Shown one piece after another: positions 36,139-46,374 of a stretch of 64,000 nucleotides of DNA. This stretch comes from Calditrichales bacterium (lineage in GTDB: Bacteria > Calditrichota > Calditrichia > Calditrichales > J004). The notes beneath the pieces were generated by a model. It saw nothing but the letters and a program-made list of their open reading frames with translations. It was not told the DNA's origin and did not search any database. The position numbers and the translations under genes are program-made. The stretch covers positions 2,848,001 through 2,912,000 of the forward strand of contig OZ254086.1 of the NCBI GenBank assembly GCA_965267575.1, given 5' to 3'. Positions within the stretch are counted from its first letter, which is position 1, and the number at the start of each line of letters is the position of its first letter.

Positions 36139-37071
36139 TCACCCGGAAGCGGCCATGGCCCGGACTAAAATATTTGCGGCCAATTTGCTTGTTATCCCGT
36201 CAAGATCGTAATCGGGATTTACTTCGCTGATCTCGATGAGCAGTGTGCGCGGGTCGCTGCCGGCCACATCAGCGATTTCACAGATTTCGCGGGCGGTGAG
36301 ACCCATCGGGCCCGGGGCGCTGACACCCGGCGCTTCCACGGCACGCACCGAGTCCATGTCAAAACCGAAAAAGATGCCGTCGGCCTCACTGGAATCGACA
36401 ATGGATTGAATGGCTTTGCCCACGCCGTTATCACGCAGGTCGCCCAGGTAATGAATATGGGCGCCGATACTCTCTACGAAATCGATATAGGCCTTGGGGT
36501 TGGCGAAGGAGTTGATGGCCACTTCATGAAACAACGCCGGATCGAAAGAGCCTTCGTCCAGAAGCTGGCGGTAGGGTGTGCCGCTGTTGCGCGGCTCCGT
36601 GGCCCGCACGTCCAGGTGACGGTCGATATTGAAGGCCAGCAGCTTGTTGGCGCGGGAAGCCGCGGCGCGGCCGTCGGGGTAGGAAATGTCGTTGCCGCCG
36701 CCCAGCACCAGCACCTTTTTGCCATCGGCCAGCATCGGCTTGAGCGTCGCTTCCAGGCGCTCGTGCGTCTCCTCCAGCGTCCCGGCGATGTTGATATCTC
36801 CGGCATCCAAAAGACGGATATGCTGCAGCTCTTCGCTGACCGGGTAGCGGTAAAGCGCCTTGCGGATTTCATGCGGAGCTTTGCGCGCGCCTGCGCGGCC
36901 CTGGTTGCGGGCAATGCCTTCATCCTGCGGGCAACCCACAAGCACCCAGTTGCAGCGGGCATAGTCCTGCTTATCGCGCAGGGCCACCTGGCCCAGACGC
37001 ACATCATGGGGATCATCCTTGCTGTAAAAAACGGCGTCATCCGCCGGGATAAGGTGTTGGAACAGGGACAT
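36139..37071 (-). CDS. hutG: Formimidoylglutamase (arginase family)
   Basis: DEGIARNQGRAGA, LGGGNDISY, NIDRHLDVR, NSGTPY, FDMD, APGVSAP. Confidence 0.85.
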   Translation of the reverse strand: MSLFQHLIPADDAVFYSKDDPHDVRLGQVALRDKQDYARCNWVLVGCPQDEGIARNQGRAGARKAPHEIRKALYRYPVSEELQHIRLLDAGDINIAGTLEETHERLEATLKPMLADGKKVLVLGGGNDISYPDGRAAASRANKLLAFNIDRHLDVRATEPRNSGTPYRQLLDEGSFDPALFHEVAINSFANPKAYIDFVESIGAHIHYLGDLRDNGVGKAIQSIVDSSEADGIFFGFDMDSVRAVEAPGVSAPGPMGLTAREICEIADVAGSDPRTLLIEISEVNPDYDLDGITSKLAANILVRAMAASG

Positions 37072-37248
37072 GGCTGTTATCTATGAAAGTTGCTGAATTG
37101 ATACAGTTAAGAGGGCTACATAATGCAAAAACATAAGTGAAGCTATTTTAGAATCCTTCTAATTCTGCATCTGCGTGTTTTTGTTTAATCCGGTTGGAAT
37201 GAAACCCCGCCATTGTTAAAATTACTTTAAAACAAAAAAACAAATCCT

Positions 37249-37977
37249 ATGCCCAAACACGATGACATATACGACACACCGCACGACCCGCTGGTGAAGT
37301 TTACCTTTGACAAACAGGTGGCCGATGTCTTTCCCGATATGATCCAGCGCTCTGTGCCGGGCTATTCCACCATCGTGGCGATGATCGGTGTGCTTGCCGG
37401 GCAATACGCTCAGGAAGACAGCGCGCTTTACGATCTGGGCTGCTCGCTGGGCGCGGCCACGCTGGCCATGCGCCGCCATATAAAAGCAAGCGGAGCCAAA
37501 ATCATAGCGGTGGATAATTCGTCGGCCATGATCGAACGGGCCGAAAAGATTATCGCCCGCGACGCGCATGCCGTACCCGTGGAACTGCGTTGCGAAGATG
37601 TTCTGGAGACGGCAATAAAAAACGCGTCTGTCGCGGCGATGAATTTTACGCTGATGTTTCTACCCCCGGAAAAACGGCCGCAGATGATCCAGCAGGTTTA
37701 TGACGGACTAAAGACGGACGGGGCTTTCATTTTGTCGGAAAAGACGGCTTTTGAAAAGAGCGAAGAACAGTCGCTGCAAAGCGCATGGCACCACGCCTTT
37801 AAAAAAGCCAACGGTTACAGCGACCTGGAAATCGCCCAAAAACGTACCGCTTTGGAAAACGTGCTTGTGCCGGACAGCGAGACCGTTCACCACCAGCGGC
37901 TGCGCCAGGCGGGATTCAGTGAAGTCTACACCTGGTTCCGCTGCTTCAATTTTATCTCCATGGTGGCGCTTAAATGA
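37249..37977 (+). CDS. cmoA: Carboxy-S-adenosyl-L-methionine synthase
   Basis: FDKQVADVFPDMIQRSVPGY, YDLGCSLGA, NFTL, FKKANGYSDLEIAQKRTALENV. Confidence 0.95.
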   Translation: MPKHDDIYDTPHDPLVKFTFDKQVADVFPDMIQRSVPGYSTIVAMIGVLAGQYAQEDSALYDLGCSLGAATLAMRRHIKASGAKIIAVDNSSAMIERAEKIIARDAHAVPVELRCEDVLETAIKNASVAAMNFTLMFLPPEKRPQMIQQVYDGLKTDGAFILSEKTAFEKSEEQSLQSAWHHAFKKANGYSDLEIAQKRTALENVLVPDSETVHHQRLRQAGFSEVYTWFRCFNFISMVALK

Positions 37978-38948
37978 TCGATTACGCACCACTTTATAAA
38001 TCTCTCAAGAACACAACGCTCGATGCCTGGGCTGCCACCTTGCCGGATTATCTCAAAAACGCGTTCAGTTCCTCATGGCATGGCGATTATCCCAAATGGC
38101 AAAAGGTCCTGGGCGAGCTGCCGCAGATAAAAGCGGCCAACTGCGATTTAAATGCTCCGGCCGTGCGCATTGGCTCTGCCGCTGAGTTGGCGCAAAAGCA
38201 ACGCGCAGCGCTGAAACAATCGCTGCTAAAGCTGCACCCCTGGCGCAAAGGACCGTATGAGCTTTTCGGCATTCATATCGATGCTGAATGGCGTTCCGAT
38301 CTCAAATGGGCCAGGCTGGAAAAGGAGATCACGCCTTTGGCCGGACGCCGGGTGCTGGATGTGGGCGCGGGCAACGGATACTACCTGTGGCGTATGGCCG
38401 GGGCCGGGGCGCAGCTGGCTTTGGGCATTGATCCCATGCTGCTTTACGTGATGCAGTTTTACGCGCTGAAACATTTTTGTCCCATGCAAAACACCCACCT
38501 CATTCCCTTGGGCATCGAAGCATTCCCGGCGGAAAGCCGTTTTTTTGACACGGTTTTTTCCATGGGCGTTTTGTATCACCGCCGCTCGCCCCTGGACCAT
38601 CTGCTGGAGTTGCGTGGTTGCCTGCGCCCCGGCGGCGAACTGGTGCTTGAAACCCTGGTAATTGAGGGGGAAGAGGGTGCAACATTGTTGCCGCGCGGAC
38701 GCTATGCTAAAATGCGCAATGTCTGGTTTATCCCCTCCGTTCCGACGCTGAAAGGCTGGCTGAAGCGCTGCGGGTTTAAGAGCATCCGCGCCGTAGACGT
38801 GAGTCCGACGACGACAGAAGAACAGCGTTCGACAGAGTGGATGCGGTGGGAATCGCTGGCCGATTTTCTTGACCCGCATGATCCATCCAAAACGGTAGAA
38901 GGTTATCCCGGACCCCGGCGCGCAATCCTCGTTGCGCAAAATCCCTGA
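37974..38948 (+). CDS. cmoB: tRNA U34 carboxymethyltransferase
   Basis: PWRKGP, IDAEWRSDLKW, MGVLYHRRSP, RYAKMRNVWFIPS, EEQRSTEWM, TVEGYP. Confidence 0.95.
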   Translation: MIDYAPLYKSLKNTTLDAWAATLPDYLKNAFSSSWHGDYPKWQKVLGELPQIKAANCDLNAPAVRIGSAAELAQKQRAALKQSLLKLHPWRKGPYELFGIHIDAEWRSDLKWARLEKEITPLAGRRVLDVGAGNGYYLWRMAGAGAQLALGIDPMLLYVMQFYALKHFCPMQNTHLIPLGIEAFPAESRFFDTVFSMGVLYHRRSPLDHLLELRGCLRPGGELVLETLVIEGEEGATLLPRGRYAKMRNVWFIPSVPTLKGWLKRCGFKSIRAVDVSPTTTEEQRSTEWMRWESLADFLDPHDPSKTVEGYPGPRRAILVAQNP

Positions 38949-39050
38949 TTACAGGTTTTGTAAAAGCGCAAATGAAACGAAAATTCAATCGGTTTTTACA
39001 ATTTAAAAGCTTAAATTAAAACAAAATCCATACATTAAAAGGAGTTAACC

Positions 39051-39512
39051 ATGGAGCATCGTCATGAGGACATACCAATGAAAAAACGCATCGCTTTGGT
39101 CGCCCATGATCACAAAAAGCAGGACCTGCTGGATTGGGCGCTTTTTAACAAGGAGATGCTCAGGAAGCATATTTTGATGGCCACGGGGACCACGGGCAAG
39201 GTAATTCAGGAAGAAGCAGGCCTGGAATGCGAGCGCCTCCAAAGCGGACCTTTGGGCGGTGACCAGCAACTTGGCGCGCGCATTGTTGACAACCAGATCG
39301 ATTTCCTGATCTTTTTCTGGGACCCGCTAGAACCACAGCCCCACGATCCCGATGTGAAAGCTCTGCTGCGCATTGCCGTACTCTGGAATATCCCGGTGGC
39401 CTGCAACCGCGCCTCGGCTGATTTTATTTGCTCTTCTACGCTGTTTGAAAAAGAGTATGTGCGCCTGGTGCCCGATTACACGCGTCGTACCGTCCGCAAC
39501 TTATCGGATTAA
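39051..39512 (+). CDS. mgsA: Methylglyoxal synthase
   Basis: [39 protein letters not shown]. Confidence 0.97.
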   Translation: MEHRHEDIPMKKRIALVAHDHKKQDLLDWALFNKEMLRKHILMATGTTGKVIQEEAGLECERLQSGPLGGDQQLGARIVDNQIDFLIFFWDPLEPQPHDPDVKALLRIAVLWNIPVACNRASADFICSSTLFEKEYVRLVPDYTRRTVRNLSD

Positions 39513-39539
39513 TATTTTCCTCCCCGCGAAGGAGGCAAA

Positions 39540-40097
39540 GTGAAAGCGCTATCAACGATTGTTTGGTATGTTTGCGGCGGTCTGGCCGGTTCGGTTTTAG
39601 CCGGGCTGCTTATTCACGGGCTGCCATATCTGGACCCCGCGCGACCGGCATTCGTCTTTGTCTATTACGCCTTCTGCGGTTCGCTTCTTTACGCCCTTAT
39701 CCTGGAAGGGCGCCTGCGCGACGCTTTTTTTCTCGTGCTTCTTCTATATTTTATTATCCTTCTGATCACACAAAACCAGCCCCCTGCATTTGTGGCCGGC
39801 CACACTCTTTTTTACGGCGGCTTTATGATTGTTATTTTTCTGTATGTCAGCGTGGTTTCAAAACACCTCTTTATTCGCTGGCTTAGCGGCCCGATTATTT
39901 TTGCTTTTATCTACGCCCTTTATGCTTTCCTGCTCACCTTTGTCTTGTGGCTGCTGTTCGATTCCGAAGAACCCAATATCTGGTCGCACAGCCTGATGAA
40001 CTTCATGTTTTTTGGCCGCATGGCGCTTATCCTGGCCGCGTCGTGGGAAATTACGCGTTGGCTGCGCAGGCGGGTTATTAGCCCAATGGCCGTTTGA
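39540..40097 (+). CDS. Hypothetical integral membrane protein
   Basis: About six hydrophobic segments; AAGGAGG SD before GTG. Confidence 0.7.
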   Translation: MKALSTIVWYVCGGLAGSVLAGLLIHGLPYLDPARPAFVFVYYAFCGSLLYALILEGRLRDAFFLVLLLYFIILLITQNQPPAFVAGHTLFYGGFMIVIFLYVSVVSKHLFIRWLSGPIIFAFIYALYAFLLTFVLWLLFDSEEPNIWSHSLMNFMFFGRMALILAASWEITRWLRRRVISPMAV

Positions 40098-40153
40098 ATA
40101 GAGAATAGGCATTTGTTATGCTAAAGGACGACACAAAGTGCTAAGGAGAGAAA

Positions 40154-42613
40154 ATGGCCGAAAAAAAATACAAAGAAGTAGCACTCGAAAAACTGCGCTG
40201 GCAATGCGATGGCGCCAGCCTCGGTTTTGAAACCACCGATGAGCTGAAAAGCGGTGATGACATCATCGGCCAGGACCGCGCCTTGCGCGCTATCGAGCTT
40301 GGCCTGCATGTAAACAGCCCCGGTTACAATATCTACGTGGCGGGCCTTACCGGCACAGGCAAAAGCACAACCGTAAAGCGTATTCTGGAAAAGCTCGACG
40401 ATACCGGTGGGATTCCGGAAGACATCTGCTATGTGCACAATTTCAGCAATCGCGATTCGCCCTCCGTGTTAAAAATGCCCGCCGGCCGCGGTTGCGAGTT
40501 GAGCAAAGACATGGATGACCTGGTTGACTACTTGCTGCAGCAACTTCCGGGTCTGCTGGAGAGCGACAGTTACAAAAGCCGCCGCAAAAAGCTTCTGGAA
40601 GAATACCAGAACCGCTCGATGGAAAAAATCCGTAAGCTGGAAGATGATGTTAAAAAGGAGGGCCTGGCTATTGTGCAGCTGCAGATGGGTCAGATGACGC
40701 GTCCGGACCTGATGCCGCTTGTGGATGAAGATGTGGTAACCTGGGACCAGCTCGAAAATATGGTGGAAGAGGGCAAATTCTCCAAAGAACGTTTCGAAGA
40801 GCTGCGCGAAAAGCGTGACAAGTGGTACAATGTGCTGGAAAATACGCTGCGCGAAAATCGTCATGTACAAAAAGAGGCCCAGAAAAAGCTGCAGGACTTG
40901 CAATACGAATTTGTGCAACCGGTTGTGCATGACCTTATCGGCGATCTAAAAGAAAAATATGAGGCGAAGCCGGTTACCGATTACCTGGACGATGTGGAAA
41001 ATGAGATCATTAATAACATCGGCCGTTTTTTGAAGGATGATCAGGATAACCAGGGTAACCCGATGGCCGCCTTTATGGGCCAGCAAAAGGATGAATTTAC
41101 GGAATTCCAGATCAATGTTATTGTTGATAACGCGCGTACCAAAAGGCGTCCGGTGATTATTGAAACGGCGCCCAATTACAAAAACCTTTTCGGCACCATC
41201 GAACGTGTTATGGATCGTTTTGGCGGCGGTGCTAATACGGATTTTACGCATATCAAGGCGGGATCTTTGCTTAAAGCCAATGGCGGTTTCCTGGTGGTTA
41301 ACCTGCTGGATGCGCTGCCCGAGCCCGGCGTGTGGCAGGCCCTCAAACGCACGCTGAAACACCGCAAACTCGATATACAGGCCTATGATCCATACACCAT
41401 GTTTACCCAAACAGCACTGAAGCCGGAGGCCATTGATGTGAATGTGAAAGTGGTGGTTATCGGCGATACGCGTTTTTACAGCCTGCTTTACCGCTACGAT
41501 GAAGATTTCCGCAAGGTGTTTAAAGTACACGCGGAATTTGACAACGAAATGGATCGCAGCCGCGGGGCGCTGAAAAGCTATGCCCGCTTTGTGAAAAAGA
41601 TCTGCGATGAGGAAAAGCTGCGTGCGTTCCACAACAACGCTGTGGCCGAAGTGGTTGAATATGGCGTGCGTCTTGCCGGGCGCCAGAACAAGCTGTCCAC
41701 GCGTTTCAGTGACATCGCCGATATCATGCGCGAAGCTAATTACTGGGCCGGCGAACAAAATGGCAGCATCGTAACGGCCGGGCACGTAATTGCCGCTATT
41801 GAGGAGAAGAAAAAACGCTCGCAGCGCATCGAGGACAAGCTGCAGGAGCTGATTGATGAAGGCAATATCATGATCGATGTGAAGGGCAGCCGCAAAGGGC
41901 AGGTGAACGGATTGGCGGTATACCAGACCGGTGATTACAGCTTCGGCAAGCCCACGCGCATTACAGCCCGTGTCAGCGTTGGCAACGCCGGTATTATCAA
42001 CATTGAGCGCGAAGCCGATTTAAGCGGCAAAACGCACAATAAAGGGGTGCTTATCCTCAGTGGCTACTTCCGCGGGCAATACGGCCAGAACCGCTCGCTT
42101 TCTTTCAGCGCCAGCCTGGCCTTCGAACAATCCTATTCCGGCGTGGATGGCGACAGCGCTTCATCCACCGAGATCTACGCGTTGCTTTCGGAGCTTTCCG
42201 GCCTGCCATTGCGCCAGGATATCGCGGTTACCGGCTCGGTCAACCAGCATGGCGATATCCAGCCCATAGGCGGAGTAAACCAGAAGGTGGAAGGATTTTT
42301 CGATGTCTGTAACAAGCGCAGGCTTTCCGGGGAGCAGGGGGTCATCATACCGCATCAGAATATTGCCGACCTGATGCTGCGCCCCGATGTGGTGGAAGCC
42401 TGCGAAAAAGGGCAATTCCACGTCTATCCCGTGGAAACGATCGATGAAGGGCTGGAGATATTGACCGGGGCAAAAGCCGGCAAGCGCAACAAAAATGGCA
42501 CATACCCGGACGCATCGGTGCATGGCCGCGTGGAAAAGAGGCTGGAAGAGCTGGCCGACCTCTATCGCCAGAAAAAGAAGGATAAAAACGAAAAAAACGA
42601 CGATAAAAGTTGA
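40154..42613 (+). CDS. Lon-like (LonB/LonC-type, S16) ATP-dependent protease
   Basis: IIGQDRA, GLTGTGKS, GSLLKANGG, coiled-coil insertion, VDGDSASS (catalytic Ser), IGGVNQKVEGFF (Lys). Confidence 0.92.
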   Translation: MAEKKYKEVALEKLRWQCDGASLGFETTDELKSGDDIIGQDRALRAIELGLHVNSPGYNIYVAGLTGTGKSTTVKRILEKLDDTGGIPEDICYVHNFSNRDSPSVLKMPAGRGCELSKDMDDLVDYLLQQLPGLLESDSYKSRRKKLLEEYQNRSMEKIRKLEDDVKKEGLAIVQLQMGQMTRPDLMPLVDEDVVTWDQLENMVEEGKFSKERFEELREKRDKWYNVLENTLRENRHVQKEAQKKLQDLQYEFVQPVVHDLIGDLKEKYEAKPVTDYLDDVENEIINNIGRFLKDDQDNQGNPMAAFMGQQKDEFTEFQINVIVDNARTKRRPVIIETAPNYKNLFGTIERVMDRFGGGANTDFTHIKAGSLLKANGGFLVVNLLDALPEPGVWQALKRTLKHRKLDIQAYDPYTMFTQTALKPEAIDVNVKVVVIGDTRFYSLLYRYDEDFRKVFKVHAEFDNEMDRSRGALKSYARFVKKICDEEKLRAFHNNAVAEVVEYGVRLAGRQNKLSTRFSDIADIMREANYWAGEQNGSIVTAGHVIAAIEEKKKRSQRIEDKLQELIDEGNIMIDVKGSRKGQVNGLAVYQTGDYSFGKPTRITARVSVGNAGIINIEREADLSGKTHNKGVLILSGYFRGQYGQNRSLSFSASLAFEQSYSGVDGDSASSTEIYALLSELSGLPLRQDIAVTGSVNQHGDIQPIGGVNQKVEGFFDVCNKRRLSGEQGVIIPHQNIADLMLRPDVVEACEKGQFHVYPVETIDEGLEILTGAKAGKRNKNGTYPDASVHGRVEKRLEELADLYRQKKKDKNEKNDDKS

Positions 42614-42704
42614 CCCCTTTTTTTTGAGTATCTGATATACATCACTTAAAGTGCGCGACTCTTTTTTAGGTTAAGACGCGAACTAAACAAAATAGGGAGA
42701 ACTC

Positions 42705-43424
42705 ATGTTTCGTATGTTTTCACGTTTTCTGGTAAGTTTACTGGCGCTTGCTTTTCTGGCCTGCAGCGAGGATTCTGCTACGGGTCCTGAAGAAGACAAT
42801 CCGCCATCCATGCCTGCTGCCCAGGAACTGCAGCTGGAAGCGCCGGACAATGCTCCGGGTGAAGTGCAGGGCCTTGTGGCCATGGCTAACGGCTGGGTCA
42901 ACCTGGGCTATATCTATGCTTCGCACACCAATAACGGCGGAGAGCTGATTGACGGCGTCTGGACATGGACGGCAACTTCAAACAACGTAACAATTACGAT
43001 CACCGCCGAGCCTAACGACGATGATACCGTGACCTGGACGTATATGCTCGATGGCGTCGATCTCGATAACAGCATCGTGTACGATAATTGGGTGTTTATG
43101 ACCGGTACTTTTGCTGTTGATGGAAGCAGCGGAAGCTGGCAGCTTTACGACCTGGATGCATCGATTACGCACGAAACCGAATGGGGCGAAGATAACTCCG
43201 GTACCACAACCGTGACGATGACTTCGTATGACAGCGCTTCCCAGCCTCAATCGCGTTTTATTACCAGCGTTTCGCCTGGACAAAGCGGCAGCATTGAGCA
43301 ATACAATTTTGTCGACGGCAGTTTTGTGCTGGCTTTCAGCGCAGACTGGACGGCAGACGGTGGCAGCTATCAATATTATGATGAAAACGGCGACCCGCTT
43401 GGTGAGCCGGTCACTTGGCCCTAA
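42705..43424 (+). CDS. Hypothetical acidic beta-rich lipoprotein
   Basis: Lipobox FLAC; Trp/Thr-rich beta strands; own terminator. Confidence 0.75.
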   Translation: MFRMFSRFLVSLLALAFLACSEDSATGPEEDNPPSMPAAQELQLEAPDNAPGEVQGLVAMANGWVNLGYIYASHTNNGGELIDGVWTWTATSNNVTITITAEPNDDDTVTWTYMLDGVDLDNSIVYDNWVFMTGTFAVDGSSGSWQLYDLDASITHETEWGEDNSGTTTVTMTSYDSASQPQSRFITSVSPGQSGSIEQYNFVDGSFVLAFSADWTADGGSYQYYDENGDPLGEPVTWP

Positions 43425-43444
43425 TATGAAATAATTATTTCCAC

Positions 43445-43469
43445 AGGCCGGTCTATGCCGGCCTTTTTT
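43445..43469 (+). terminator. Intrinsic terminator
   Basis: aggccggt-ctat-gccggcct plus T run. Confidence 0.8.
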
Positions 43470-43543
43470 ATTTTCCCTTTTCCCTTGCCGCAAATACTCA
43501 AACTGCTTTAATTAACCGCACACTTTATTGCGGGAGGCCTACC

Positions 43544-44512
43544 ATGCGTTATCTCATTTTACTTTTATTATCTTTTTCGATTGTTTTTGCCGGTGATATT
43601 TCCAATCGCCCGGTTAACACTTACTCCATCGTTGCGCGGGACAGCTTGACCGGCGAGATGGGTGTGGCGGTGCAGTCGCACTGGTTCTCCGTGGGCACCG
43701 TGGTGTCCTGGGCCGAGGCCGGTGTAGGTGCTGTGGCGACACAATCATTTGCTGAAATAGATTACGGTCCGCTGGGGCTGGAGCTTATGCGTTCCGGCAA
43801 GACCGCCAATGAGGCGCTGCAAGCGCTGCTGTCCGTGGATGAGCAGGCCGCCGTGCGCCAGGTGGCGATGGTGGATAAACACGGGAATGTGGCTGTTCAC
43901 ACCGGTGAAAAGTGCATCCCAGCGGCGGGAGATCAAAAAGGCGCGCAATACAGCGTGCAGGCCAATCTGATGGAAAAGGAAAGCGTCTGGCCGGCGATGG
44001 CCAAAGCTTACGAATCGGCCGGGGGCGATCTGCTAAACCGCCTGTTTGCCGCGCTGGAAGCAGCCCAGGCCGAGGGTGGCGATATTCGCGGGAAACAATC
44101 GGCCGCTATTTTAATTGTGCCGGCCGAAAGCAGCGGCGCGCCCTGGAAGGAGAAAGTGGTCGACCTGCGGGTGGACGATCATCCCGAGCCGCTGAAGGAA
44201 ATGAAACGACTGATCAAGGTGCATCGCGCTTACCAGCACATGAATAGCGGGGACGGCTACCTGGCCAAGGGACAGGTGGATAAGGCGCTGGAAGAGTACA
44301 GCACCGCCCACAACCTCTACCCGGAAAACGTGGAAATTTTGTATTGGACGGCCGCTACCCTGGCCGCGGAGGAGCAGCTTGAAAAAGCTTTGCCCATGTT
44401 TAAAGAGGTTTTTGCCAAAGCGCCCGTCTGGCGTGAACTGACCAAACGCCTGCCGGCTGTAGGCCTGCTGCCGAATGATAAAGAAATACTTCAAAAAATC
44501 TTAGCGCAATAA
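43544..44512 (+). CDS. DUF1028 (Ntn-hydrolase-like) protein with C-terminal TPR
   Basis: TYSIVARD..TGEMGVAVQS, GVGAVATQ, GGDIRGKQSA, DLRVDDHPEP; TPR tail. Confidence 0.88.
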   Translation: MRYLILLLLSFSIVFAGDISNRPVNTYSIVARDSLTGEMGVAVQSHWFSVGTVVSWAEAGVGAVATQSFAEIDYGPLGLELMRSGKTANEALQALLSVDEQAAVRQVAMVDKHGNVAVHTGEKCIPAAGDQKGAQYSVQANLMEKESVWPAMAKAYESAGGDLLNRLFAALEAAQAEGGDIRGKQSAAILIVPAESSGAPWKEKVVDLRVDDHPEPLKEMKRLIKVHRAYQHMNSGDGYLAKGQVDKALEEYSTAHNLYPENVEILYWTAATLAAEEQLEKALPMFKEVFAKAPVWRELTKRLPAVGLLPNDKEILQKILAQ

Positions 44513-44536
44513 AAAAGGGGCCACCCGGCCCCTCTG

Positions 44537-45595
44537 TTATTCAACGAGGAAAGCGGCTACGTCCCACCATTCGCCAACAGCCATGAAGTCGGGGGCATCA
44601 AAAGTATAAACGTTTGAACCCACCACCAGACGAACTCCCGGTATTATGGTAACATCTGGATTTCCCAGATTTTTATAATAGTGTACCTTTATTTGGTATA
44701 TACCGCCCGGCGCATTTTGGAAGTCAATTCTCTCATAGTCGCTGCTAAAACCGAATGGATTTGTAGAGCGCTGTATTACAGGATTGTCAAATTCGGCGCC
44801 TATTATGCCCCAATCAGGCTGGTTTTCTTTGAGGTTTACGCTGTCGCCTGTGCTGGTGTTATAGAGGTACAGGTCAAAGTCACCTGCGTCCACGTTGTCT
44901 GTCGTGGACCATCGAAGTTCCACGCTTACCCGCAAGACACGTTTTACGTAGTAAACCCGGGCCGACTCAAAATAATCGGGGTCGGCAGACTCATTGTTGC
45001 GCACCTCTATGTTGTTTATGCCTTCATCAAGCTGTAAATCAAAAGTAGCAATTTGCCTGTCGGTTCCTTTTTCATAGACCGTCCCGTTTTGGGTTAGCCT
45101 GAACGTCACTTCCCCATAGCCATTTGCGTCAGGATATGTACTCCATATTCGCAAATGGACGGCTCGGGATTTTACTAATAATTCGGAGTTTACCAGGTTA
45201 AAATAATACCTGTCACCTGCCGTATCGGATATCATTACCCTAAAATCATATATCTCTTCAGGCAACATGATCATGTCCTGCACGTTGGTCGTCCGGCCTT
45301 CTTCCACCGCAACATTACTAGCGAGCGCTTTTGTGCTGTTGCTCCAGTTACGAGCTTCAACATCGTATACACCGGGAGGAATATTAATGAGTGTGTACTG
45401 CAGATTGTCATCAACTTGTATCCAGGGAGTTATTCCCGCTATCCGTATCTGCGTCTGAACGGCGAAATAATTCTTAGTGCCGTCATTATAAACGATACGC
45501 CCCCTTATGGCGTCCTCGCTTTGCAGGTTGGTTATGTTTTCTTCGCATGCCGTTGCTGCAAAAAGAATCAAAGACATAACTATCAGCCGTTTCAT
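44537..45595 (-). CDS. Lipoprotein with carboxypeptidase-regulatory-like and YfaP/DUF2135-like domains
   Basis: Lipobox ATAC; NIPPGVYDV; V.VELRW...DFDLY...E.I....PGGIYQIKVHYY. Confidence 0.7.
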   Translation of the reverse strand: MKRLIVMSLILFAATACEENITNLQSEDAIRGRIVYNDGTKNYFAVQTQIRIAGITPWIQVDDNLQYTLINIPPGVYDVEARNWSNSTKALASNVAVEEGRTTNVQDMIMLPEEIYDFRVMISDTAGDRYYFNLVNSELLVKSRAVHLRIWSTYPDANGYGEVTFRLTQNGTVYEKGTDRQIATFDLQLDEGINNIEVRNNESADPDYFESARVYYVKRVLRVSVELRWSTTDNVDAGDFDLYLYNTSTGDSVNLKENQPDWGIIGAEFDNPVIQRSTNPFGFSSDYERIDFQNAPGGIYQIKVHYYKNLGNPDVTIIPGVRLVVGSNVYTFDAPDFMAVGEWWDVAAFLVE

Positions 45596-45727
45596 TTTTC
45601 TCTCCGTATAAAAAAGACCTGCTTTATTTTACGACAATAATATTAAAAGCAAAAAAATAAATAACGTTTTTGCATCACCGTATTTTAAAACAGATATATT
45701 TGCATAACACCAAAATAATTTTTAAAT

Positions 45728-45741
45728 ACCAACCGGTCGGT
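45728..45741. promoter_or_regulatory. Candidate TetR operator
   Basis: Near-perfect palindrome ACCAACCGGTCGGT just upstream of the TetR start. Confidence 0.55.
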
Positions 45742-45756
45742 TTTTGGAAAAAAGAA

Positions 45757-46374
45757 ATGAAAAAAGGCGCATTAACACGCGAGCAGATCATTAAAAAGGC
45801 GGCGGAACTGTTTAACGCCAACGGCTTTGCCGGCGCGTCTTTGTCGCGTTTGATGGAGCAGACCGGGCTAAAGAAAGGCGGCATATACAATCATTTTGCC
45901 AACAAGGATGAAATCATCGTTGAGGCTTTTGATTATGCCGTACGCCAGGTGCGCAAATCGCTGTACAGAACCACGTCTCCGCTTAAAACGGCGCGTGAAC
46001 GGCTGCTGGCAATCCTGGATTTTTATCGTGAATACCCGCTAAACCCGGTCATACCGGGCGGCTGTCCCCTGGTAAACACCAGCGTGGACGCGGACAACAC
46101 GCACCCCGCTCTGCACCGGCGCGTAGCCGAGGAGTGGCAGCGCTTTATCCGCAACCTGCAGACGCTGCTGCAGCAGGCGCAGGAAGAAGGCTCCGTAAAG
46201 AGGGGGACAAACGCAGAAAAAGTATCGCGTTTTATTGTATCGTCCATTCAGGGTGGCGTGGTGTTGTCGCGCAGCCTGGGCAGTCCGCAACCGATGATCG
46301 ACGTAACCGACCAGCTGCGGCGCTATTTTGAACTGGAACTTTTTACCCAAAAAGCTCATGGAGAACCGAAATGA
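45757..46374 (+). CDS. TetR/AcrR family regulator (LmrA/NemR-like)
   Basis: TREQII..A.ELF...GF...GL.KGGIYNHF.NKDEI; GGCPLVN. Confidence 0.92.
   Translation: MKKGALTREQIIKKAAELFNANGFAGASLSRLMEQTGLKKGGIYNHFANKDEIIVEAFDYAVRQVRKSLYRTTSPLKTARERLLAILDFYREYPLNPVIPGGCPLVNTSVDADNTHPALHRRVAEEWQRFIRNLQTLLQQAQEEGSVKRGTNAEKVSRFIVSSIQGGVVLSRSLGSPQPMIDVTDQLRRYFELELFTQKAHGEPK

Noticed and set aside
35905..36230. ORFs 35905-36114 and 35994-36230
   Set aside because: They are translations of REP hairpins (MDSCFRRND, WIPAFAGMT)
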